Origin: Saprolegnia diclina VS20
Taxonomy: Eukaryota
Reading direction: 5' to 3'
DNA length: 20,000 bases
Assembly (NCBI RefSeq): GCF_000281045.1
Contig: NW_008246069.1
Location: 939,160 to 959,159 of the forward strand
Positions 1 to 9,596 of the stretch are shown here, one piece after another. Made by a program: the position numbers and the translations under genes. The notes under the pieces were generated by a model, which saw only the letters and a list, made by a program, of their open reading frames with translations, did no database searches and was not told the DNA's origin. Each line of letters begins with the position of its first letter. Position 1 is the stretch's first letter.

Positions 1-3000
1 AAGTACGCCAAGATTCCGTGGGACGCACCCAACGAGCTTGTGGTCTTGTCGAGCCTCGCGCAGCTGAACGACGCGCCGTGGACTGACAACGAAGTGCTCA
101 CGCACCCCAACGTGCACTTTGCCGAGTGGGTGACGTTTTTGTTGCTGGAGCACGGCCGCCCGTCGGTGCGTGAAGCGCTTCTACAGGCGTGGATTTGTGT
201 GCTCAAGTCGCCCAGTCTGTGCTTGAAGGACAAGGCCGCGCAGCTATTGTCTCGGTTCGTGCCTGAGATGCCGCTGGAGACGATTACGCACTTCCCGCTG
301 GAGCGACTCGTCGCCCTCTGCGCGCAGCGCCTCGCAAAGGAGTATGTGCACTTTCCCATCTGCTCCAAGTACCTCCAACACCTCATGGAGCTGACGTCGA
401 CGTTGTGCATTGTGCACGGTGACGTCTTGCCGACGAGTTCGCTCGCCCAACGCGTCTTGGCCGCGAAAGCAGCGTACGAAACTTTGCAGCCGCTCGAGCT
501 CCTCGAAACGTCGTGCGTGGACGAAGTCGAGAAGCAGGACGAGTCGATGGGCGACGATGACGACGAGGATGGCATGACACCGCCGCCGCCACCACCGCCA
601 ATGGATTTGGCCGCGATTGCGCAAATGAATGCCGAAGACAAGAACGGACAGCCTGTGGACGCACCGGTCGCGACTGCTACGCGCTCACCAGTGCCTCCGT
701 TCCCGCTGCAGCTGGTCGACAGCTCACTTTTGACACCCGAGCAGCGCGCGCACATGGAAGCAGCGTACCTCGGGTTCAAATCGGGCGCTCCCGTCTCATG
801 GCCGTATGGCTTTGACATGGGTGTCGTCTCGGATGACGCCAAGGCGCATCTATGGACGGGCACCGTAACACAGCTCAAGGTTCAGCGCCCCGTGGACGAT
901 CTTGAGGCGGCCAAAGCTGCGGCTGAGGTCATTCCACCGCTTGGTATTGGCTGCAAGGTCAAGCGTGGTCCGCACTGGAAGTGGCGCGATCAAGACGGTG
1001 GCGATGGCATGATTGGCACCGTCGAAGGGATCAGCCCCTGGAGCGGCGTCGAAGGCGAGGGCATGAGCGTCCGCTGGCCTAACGAAGCGCTCTACACCTA
1101 TCGATGGGGTGCTGACGGCAACTACGATCTGACGCACGTGGAAGTCGACGACCAAAACAACGTGGTGCGAACGTACCCTACGCCCAAGCCGACGGTTGGC
1201 GCGACGCTCTCTGCTGCGGACATTCTCGCCAACCCGTTCTCAGTCGAGCTTCACTTTGGCATGGTGCTCCGAGTGTGGCCGTCGACGCATCACGGTCGTG
1301 TTGAGGGCGTCGTTGAGTGGCCGGACCATCAAGCTGTCATAGCAGTCGCCGGGACGTTTGCGGACCACACGTTGCAGCTGCAAGAAGTGGCAATGCTTCA
1401 AGGTATCCACACGTTTGCCATGCAATGGTAATGATGTTGGATGTTCAACTAGGTGACATGGACATGGGCTGGAGCTTGCGCTTTGGCTGCGAACGGTGGC
1501 TTCCCGGCACCAAGTACTCGCTCGTCGTTGACGCATCGACTTGCTGGGGCGACGCTGTCTACTATGGATGGCACGAAAAAACGTGGTCGCTTGTCAAGAG
1601 CCAAGTGCGGCTTCAGTCGGAGCTGCTCTTCTCGCTCGACCCGCACGCCGCCAACGCGGCGCTGCAAGTTGCGACCGACGGACAAAGCGTGCAGTGCCTC
1701 AGCGGTGACTCGCGCAACCTCGTGCTGGGCACGGTCGGCTTTAGTGCCGGTGTGCACTACTGGGAGCTGCGCGTCGACCAGGCCGAGTTTGGGTCGGTCT
1801 TTCTCGGTGTCTGCGAAAAGCAGACCAAGGGCACGACGGTCGTCAACCTCAACCGGTGGCAGGGCTGGGGCTTTGTCAACTTTCGCGCGACGTACCACAA
1901 CTCGACTGAGCGCATCTACGGCGATCACTTTAACGCGGGCGACACGATTGGCGTCTGCCTCAACATGGAGTCGGGTACGAAGATGGCACCTCGATGAATC
2001 AACAGGTCGTGACGACGTGCTGTAGGCAAGCTCTCGTTCTTTATGGACGGTATCAAGTACGGCGAGCACATTGTGACAGACCTTGGCACGGCGTTCGAAG
2101 GTCTCAAGCACGACAACCAGAGCCCGAAGACGCTGTACCCGTGCATTGGTTTGCGCAAGGCCGGCGACAAGGTGACGCTCAACGGCAAGTGGATCAGCTC
2201 GCCCGGCGTTCCCCCCGCACTGGTGTGCAAGACGGCCATGGCATTTTCGTCGCTGGTGCACCGCCTCGTGCAGCAGCCGCCGGCGCCGCTCCCAGAGTCG
2301 TTTGTCCACAGCGGGTATCGGCAGTACCACCGGTGGCTCACGCAGCACACACTGCGGGTCCTCACGCGTGGCCGTCTCTCTGTGGACCTTGACACGGCCG
2401 TGACGAGTTGCCAGCGCGTCTGTGACGCTGCGCAAGCACCGATTGCAATCGTCGCTGGCGATCGCGTCCGGATTCTCTCCAAGGGCGGCCGCGCGCTGGA
2501 CGCACCCGAGGAAGCCGTCGTCTTGGGTATGTTATGAAGGCTTTTATACCAACAATGCTCAATCTCAATATGTAGGCGTGTACCGCGACCGCCTCTGGTA
2601 CCGCGTCGAAACCCAGGGCAACGAAGGCAGCGAGGAAGGACGGTCGTACGCGTGGTACTGGGACGGCGCCGAGCTACCTGAGCTTATTCTTGTCAAGCGC
2701 AACGGCATCGATGTGAGCGCGAGCGCGATTCCAGCGCCAGCGCCGTCGAGCACCCCGGAGCTCCACGCAGACGAGCTTTTGGCGCTTTCGAGTCTTGGCG
2801 GGTACCAATCGCTCGCGCTCGCGCCAGTGCACTCGCTCTCGACCGACGTGCAGCTGATTGAGCACCTCAACGGCCTCTGTGCGACGCACGGCGTGGACGC
2901 CGTCAACCTCTCGTGGTCGCACATTCAAGCTGTGCAGCAGCCGCTTCCCGTGGATGGTCTCTCGGCCTCGATGCTGCGCGCTCGTCTTGCGCTCCTTCTT

Positions 3001-4495
3001 GCCTTCCAGCAGCTCGTGTTGCAAGCGAGTCCGCTCTTGTGCTTTGACGATGGGTCGCGCACGAGCCGGGAGCTCCTCACGCTGCGGCGTCTCGTGTGTA
3101 CGAGCACGAAGCTCGGCCTTTGGGACAGCGTTTTGCGCGCGACGACGACCGCGACGCCACTTCCGTCCGACGAGTACGAAGACCCGCGCGAAATTCGCGT
3201 CTTGCGCATCAACCGCATCCAAGCGCAGGCGTCCAAGCTCGCCTTGTGTCCTGCGCCGTCCGACCGCCTCCGCAAGTCGGTGTTTGGCCAACTTTATCGC
3301 GAGATGCGCACGTGGAGCGACTCTGGCTTTCGGCGCGCGTACATTGGCAAGGGCCATGGTGGACAAAAGCGTGCGTTCAAGGTCAAGTTCCTCGGCGAGG
3401 GTGTCAACGACTATGGCGGGCCGTACCGCGCGGTCTTTGAGCAAATTGTGGACGAGCTCCAGATGGACCAGGTCGAAGTGACCAAGGGCGAGCAAGGCTT
3501 GCTGCCGCTCCTCGTGCCGTGCCCGAACCGTCGCGCTGGCACGGGCAGCAACCAAGACAAGTTTGTGCTCAACCCGAGCTGCGGCACGATCTCGGTCGCT
3601 GTGGGCCCGATCGCACTCGAGCTGCACCGCTTCCTCGGCAAGCTCATTGGTATGGCCGTGCGCCACGGCCTCCAGATGGGCCTCGACGTGCCGTCTGTCG
3701 TGTGGCGTCCGCTCGTGGGCCTGCCGTTGCATGTGGCCCACTTGCGTGAAATTGATGTCGTTGCGGCCAACATGCTCGAGCAAGTCCAGGACGACGCGTT
3801 GAATGGCGAGCCGCTCGTCTTTACGACGCATCTCAGCGACGGTACCGAGGTCCCACTGCTTCCCGACGGTGACGCGCGGTCGGTCGACAGTAGCAACCGC
3901 GCCGAATACATCGAGCTCTCGATTCGTAAGCGATTGAACGAGAGCAGTCCGCAGCTCCAGGCGCTGCGCGAGGGCCTTGCCTCGGTGCTGCCGATGGAGC
4001 TCACGGGCCTCTTTACGGCGCGCGAGTTTGAAGTGCTCGTGTGCGGTCGGCGTCAAGTCGACGTGAATCTGCTGCAGCAGTGCACCGAGTACGAAGACGT
4101 CGACCCACAGAGCGACCACATTCAGTTCTTTTGGCAAGTGCTCCACGAGCTCTCGAACGAAGACCGGACGCTCTTCTTGCGCTTTGTGTGGGCGCGCAGC
4201 CGCATGCCCAACTCGGCCAAGGAGTTTCCAATGAACTTCAAGATCCAAGTGCGTCCGACGTCTATTCGAGTACCCTCTCGACTAACGAATGCATTAGGCG
4301 CCCCATGACCAAGGCGCGCGCCAGACCCCGGATGCGTACCTCCCGCATGCGCAGACGTGCTTCTTCTCGCTGAGCCTGCCCGCGTACTCGACCAAGGAAA
4401 TTTTGCGCGCCAAGCTCCTGTACGCGATCCAAAACTCGCCCAACATGGACGCCGACGTCCGCCTGCACAACGCCGAGGGCTGGGCCGACGCCTAG
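1..4495 (+). CDS. HERC-like HECT E3 ubiquitin ligase, 5'-truncated by the window (MIB/HERC2 ~934-1140, SPRY/B30.2 ~1620-2200, HECT ~3250-4495)
   Basis: Exons <1-1402, 1453-1974, 2026-2526, 2576-4248, 4298-4495. The GT-AG introns of 50, 51, 49 and 49 bp keep frame. MIB/HERC2 motif GCKVKRGPHWKWRDQDGG..YRWGADGNYDL; SPRY motif GFSAGVHYWELRV..GDTIGVCLNMESGKLSFF; HECT motifs VKFLGEGVNDYGGPYR, FLRFVWARSRMP and catalytic LPHAQTCFF. Stop TAG at 4493-4495. Confidence 0.95.
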
Positions 4496-4534
4496 GACGT
4501 GACTACACATATACATACCATGCATAACCTCTCT

Positions 4535-5632
4535 TTAGAAGCGGTTCTCGAGGGCGCTAATCGCCCGCTCCCGAACGACGGGTGCGGTCGGGTGCATGAG
4601 CTGAGGGTGCGAGATGGTTGCTGCCACCAAGTGCTCTGGGGCAATCCGTCGCAGAGGCGAGTCGTTGGACGACGCAATATGGCTCAACAGCGCATCTGTG
4701 ACGTCCTCCATGTAGCTCTACATACCGTCAACGCATGAGAGCCATAGGAAGAGGAAGAGTTGCTTGCCTCGACGGCCGAGGCAAAGGCGGTCATGGCACC
4801 GGGTTCGACGCGATGAAGGCCAGCTTGGAGCGCTGCTTGCTGCATGATGAGCTCGAGTGGGATCGCCTTGTGCTCCACCGGTGGTCCTTCGGCGTATGGC
4901 GGAATCGAAGCGGAGTAGATGAGACCCCCCGACGGTGCATGAAGGCGGTAGCCGGCCAAGGCAGCGTCGTTGCTGGCCAAGGCCATTGGCGCTGGCGTCG
5001 CGTCGTATGTTGGCGACGGACGCGGCGAGGGGCAAGCCAGTGCAGAGGACGAAGAGTCAAGGACGCTACATGCACCTGCTTCCATGCACAGGCAAGAGGA
5101 GAAGAAAGGATATGGTCGGCGAGAAAACTCAAGTCGGCCGTCGCTTGGGCATCGTGATCGCTGGAGGCGGGCTCGTTCACCATGATGCCAAGCAGTTGGG
5201 CCATGGCTACAGCAAGGCGTTGCACCTTGATGCATGGTGATCGAGCCTACCCTGCTCGTGCGTCTCGACAAGGCGGTCGGCCGTCGTCGGATGCGTCGGC
5301 GGATCTGCGAGGTCATCGATATTCGATGGGGCTGCCTGAATGACCGATCCCTTGGCCGCAGCGGCGCTCGCATGGGCGCGGCTTAGCAGCAGGACGACCA
5401 GTCGGTTGTGCAGTCGCCCTGGCATCATCCTCTTCCTCAGCATCTCAAGATCCGAGGGCGACGTACGCTGGCGCGGCGAGAGCTCGGACGCGACGACCGC
5501 ATGGAGCTCGCCCAGCGAGAGTTGCAGTCGCATGTACTTCTGGAAGGCGCCCCAGTAGCGCTTCCATCGACCGAGCTCCCGCGTCCCGCAGAGGTCCTTG
5601 AAGATGGCAAACTTGAGCTCGCGGGCTTCCAT
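4535..5632 (-). CDS. TADA1: SAGA complex subunit Ada1/TADA1-like protein (SAGA-Tad1 family, C-terminal histone fold)
   Basis: N-terminal LGRWKRYWGAFQKYMRLQLSLGEL..LHNRLVVLLLSRA and C-terminal LELIMQQAALQAGLHRV..AVE/SYMEDV..IAPEHLVAATISHPQLM resemble Tad1 family blocks. Predicted introns 5419-5466, 5207-5250, ~5076-5128 (weak donor) and 4718-4767 (GC-AG). Stop TAA at 4537-4535. Confidence 0.75.
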
Positions 5633-5935
5633 GATCTTTACAGCACGTCCAATTCGGCACTACCACTATCCATGCCGAATTCGCGCGTGAAAGGATGCCG
5701 AATCTAACAACGCCACCACGACAAGGGCCACAGATTCGAGCCGCGTCCGTGTGAGCTGCCATGCTGGGAGGTATATATATATGGTCCTGTGTGCGGTGGT
5801 GGTATGCTCGAGATAGAGGCTCTTGGGCTCCTGGGCTTTTGGGCTGCACGCCGATGGCTTGTCTTGGATTCGGCATTCGAATTCGGCATATGCCACGTCA
5901 AACATCATTTTCACATCGTTCGACGCCACGCCGCC
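5633..5935. promoter_or_regulatory. Probable bidirectional promoter between the TADA1-like gene and the + strand gene
   Basis: ~300 bp between divergent ATGs. Contains a (TA)n run at ~5772-5782, five ATTCGGCA copies, three TGGGCT copies (~5824-5845) and an Inr-like TCATTTT at ~5905. Confidence 0.6.
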
Positions 5936-8202
5936 ATGCAGCGGACCATGCTGACCCGTCGGTGCTTCTCGACGGCCGAGGTCGCGCTCGCGCAGCTGAC
6001 CAACCCAACAAGCAACCACAAGGCGTGGCGCCATGCGCTCACGGCCTGGTCGTCGGACAAGTGGCGCGACGTGTTGCGCCTCGACGCGACTGTTGCAGAC
6101 CACCAGCGCGCGTTTGCGACCATCTTGCAAGACCATGGCCCTATGAACCACTTCTACCTCCTCAAGCAACATCCCGGCGTAGCACCCGAGGTTCTCGATC
6201 TCTTTCTCGACGCCACGCGCATGTACCCGTACGAGCAAGTCAAGTACCGCGAGATGGACCTCATCAAGGTACGCACGCCTATACATGGCGCATCCACCAT
6301 GGCACGCCTAGATCCTGCGTCAAATGGCGCTGGCGACGAGCGAAGACGCCATGGTTGCGACTGCGATCCGCGCGCTTCTCGACTTGGCGGCGTCGTCCTC
6401 GGCGTCCTCGGACGTGTTGCACCTCTACAAGAGCCTCATGGCCGCGTCGTTCGAACCCGAGACGATACCCGACGCGTGCTTGCAGGATGTCGTAACGACG
6501 CTGCTCGCTCACGACCACATTGATACGGTAGCATGCGTTTCGACGGCCATGCACGCTCAATGCGCTCGTACGTAGGCCCTCGACCTTCTCGCCGACTGCA
6601 AGGACACGACCGAGATGCTCGTGCCCATCGACCTCTTGACCAGCGTCTTCGAGTACCTCGGTCGTCACGGCTCGATCGAGCGCGTCACGCGCACCGTCGA
6701 TATCGCATTCGAATGGGCCTTGCCCGCCGATGCGACGACGCTCGCCGCGAGTATGCTCACGGCCTGTCTTGGGTCGGGTCACCTCACTCTCGCCCTCGAC
6801 GGTACACAGCCCCAAGAGGTCTGCACGAGAGATGCACTCAGCTTTCGATAGTGTTTGATGCGATTCCGTCCGAAGTTTGGGCCGAGCAGAGTGTCTATGC
6901 ACTCGCCTCGGCGCTGCCGAGTATGGTCCAGTTCAAGACCGACCTCATGGTCTTGCATATGCGGACGTCCCACGCGTTCTCGCCAGTACGCCGGCTTGCT
7001 CGAGACGTCCTCATGACGCGCGCGTGTAGAGGGTCTTGGAGCGCTACCTCTTGTCGGCCCAGCAAGTCGATGCGCCAGCGTTCCTGCGTCAGCTGCTCGA
7101 CGACGTAGCCGAGCGCGGCTGGTCCATGGACCTGCTCATTACATGCGCGAAGCGAACACCCCACTCGCCCGACTGTACCTTCCTCGGTGCACCTCTTGTC
7201 GATCTCATGGCTGGTGTAGACGAGCAGCTGGCCGCGACCTTGCTCTTGCACCAGCTCGAGACACGCCCTGCACAGCGCGTTGAAGTACGTTCTGCGCACG
7301 AGGTGCGCGCACTCACTGCGCGCGCTCTAGATTCTGGCTGATTTTAAGGCGCACGTATGGAGCAAAACGTGGCTCCGCGTCGCGAACCTCATGCTCGCGC
7401 AGCTGGTGCGAGACGCGCCGTCGCGGGCCGTCGCATTGTACACGTCGCTCTTTGCATCGTCGGGCGACGACACGATGCACGTGCGCAGTAGCTTGCACCC
7501 GCTGCTCCTGCACCTCGCCAACCACGGTCATATCGACGAGGTAGCATCGCCCATAACAATGCTTCTTGGCAGATCGTATTGTAGGTGCTCGCCCTCCTCA
7601 CGTTCGCCAAGGCCATGGCCATCAAGCCCCGCGCGGACGACCTCGCGACCGTCGCCGCCGGTCTCGCCAAGCACCCGCTCGCATCTCTGCACGCGCGGCC
7701 ATTGATAGCAACGTACATTGATCTGCTCACGTCGATGCGCATCCCAACGACGCTCCGCGTGTGGCGCCACATGATCCTGCTCGCCAATGCAACGCACGAC
7801 CCGACGTCCGCATTTGCAGGTAGATGGCGGCGAGAGGCGAGGTCGTGATCTAGACTCTCGTAGTCTACGCCGTCATGCAGGACAAGCGCATCAAGATGTC
7901 GGAAGCGATCGCGCTCGAACTCCTCCGCGCGGCGCGCAAGGACTTCTGTCGCTTCACGCGGCTGTACGACGATGCAATGGCGGCCAACGCAGGCTCCACG
8001 GTACCTCTTTCAGCAACGTTCGCATCGATGTAATGATACGACGCGGTGCTAGCGCCTCTTTGGGCTCGTGCTCAAGACCGCTTGCTACGAGCAGGACCCG
8101 GCGTTCCTTCGGCGGGTCTTGAGCGACATTGCGGCCAGCGCCTTCTCATCGCGCGCCGCTCCACCCACGTCGTCGTCCTCCCACGCGCTACCTGTCGTCT
8201 AG
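5936..8202 (+). CDS. Multi-exon hypothetical protein, probably mitochondrial and alpha-helical repeat (PPR-like)
   Basis: ATG at 5936 in a GCC context; N-terminus MQRTMLTRRCFST resembles a mitochondrial presequence. About 8 short GT-AG introns (e.g. 6269-6311) join ORF fragments 5789, 6324, 6615, 7036, 7391 and 7585. Last exon RLFGLVLKTACYEQDPAFLRRVLSDI ends at TAG 8200-8202. Some internal junctions were not checked precisely. Confidence 0.7.
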
Positions 8203-8261
8203 CCGAGCCGCCTCGACGCGTAAAAGGGACTGCGTATGTGGTCCTGTTGATAGGAAGTTCT

Positions 8262-8599
8262 TTACGCTGACGTGGTTCGCCGATGGGGCTTCTCGGGCAG
8301 ACGCAAGACGTGGCACACCTTGTGCCATAGCGCCGGCCACGCGCCGCTGGGTACGACCTTGGATCGCGTTGGTCGCTCGAGGCTCAGCGTCGCGTCGTGG
8401 CTGCGCGACGCGGTGACATCGGTCAGCGAGAGCGACGAAACCTAGCATGCGACAATCATGTGGCTGGAGGCGCATGCGAGGGGCGTACGGAGGCGCGGAG
8501 GTAGTCGCGCGAGGGTTGGTAGCGCGTCTGGAAGCCGCCGGGGACCTCGTGGAAGCGGCCTGGCCGGGCGGTCCCGAGGCTGCTGCGGCGGTCCAGCAT
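8262..8599 (-). CDS. Small two-exon orphan protein (96 aa)
   Basis: Exon 8599-8489 (MLDRRSSLGTARPGRFHEVPGGFQTRYQPSRDYLRAS), 47-bp intron GTACGC..CTAG (8488-8442), exon 8441-8262 (VSSLSLTD..GAWPALWHKVCHVLRLPEKPHRRTTSA*). An FPR-like CAATTT lies ~30 bp upstream. Confidence 0.6.
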
Positions 8600-9596
8600 C
8601 GACGTCGTCCTGTGTGCGAGATCTTGTGTGAAATTGCGACAGCAGCAAACCAAGCTGCGCTGTAACATCCGGATAAATAGCATTCGGCAAATGCCGCCAA
8701 AAAAGCACAAGGAAGGGGCACGGGTGATATCTCTGCGTGCGTCGCGCCAACGACACGAGCCATCGATAAGGACTTCGCAGCTAGCCCGAGCTGCTGCTGC
8801 TGTGCTTAAGTAGGGCGCCGCGTTGCTCCTTGTCCTTGTCTCTCGAGCTGGCATTTTACGTCAGGACGATACTTGGAGCCGCCGGCCTTTCCTGTTCCAT
8901 CTCTGACTCTGACTCAAGGCGGCCCTATCACGTTGAACGACCGAGGCTCTCGTGCGGAAGGAATCGAAGCTGAGACCCTTGCTGCTATCCGGACTCGCAA
9001 AGACAAGCCGCGAAACGAGTTGACTGCTTGGCCTTTCCCCGTAGAAGCGACGCGCGTCCAGAGCATGGGAGCACCATCGTTAGCTGCAATCGTTGGGGTT
9101 GCGCCGATCATTAGGATCATTCCCACAGTGAAATGTGACTTACACTATCGTACGAAATCAACGAAATTGGGTTTTCGCCGAGGTTGCCCACAACGTAGAA
9201 CGCCGTAGTCGCTCTATTTCAATATAATCTTGACGGAAGACGATGCTAAAGCGATATTAGGACTGCTGAGCTACCGGTAACCGTTTGGCTTGTGCAAGTG
9301 AGCCCACCACGGTCTCTCTCTGTCAGATCTGAGATTCGTTCGTGGCGCCTACAGTACTCGTGTCGCACGGGTACGCACGTCGGATCCACTGCGACGCGGG
9401 CAACGCACGTCCATACGACAGCCTCCATGCGGGCGAGGTGGTGCTGCTGCGTCTGCGCTGTGGCGCTCCTGCTTGACAAGCATCATCCAGTTGAAGTAAA
9501 TATTGCGTGCTTTTAGATTGTCGGGACGTATTTGGCTAATTGCACGTAGCTTTCAATGGCTTATTTTCGGCATTGCTCGAAAATTGGCGTGGGCGA

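Noticed and set aside
553..600. GAC/GAT and CCG/CCA triplet runs
   Set aside because: These encode ordinary poly-Asp and poly-Pro linkers in the HECT protein.
2674..4248. 524-aa antisense ORF (and similar ones at 1449-2435 and 15558-16148)
   Set aside because: Shadow ORFs caused by GC3-biased codons of the real gene on the opposite strand; no motifs.
1403..4297. Apparent frameshifts/pseudogenisation of the HECT gene
   Set aside because: Every break is explained by a 49-51 bp GT-AG intron with the correct phase.
8254..8445. Possible extra + strand exon of the 5936 gene
   Set aside because: No good donor precedes the 8200 stop, and the region is better explained by exon 2 of the minus-strand small gene.
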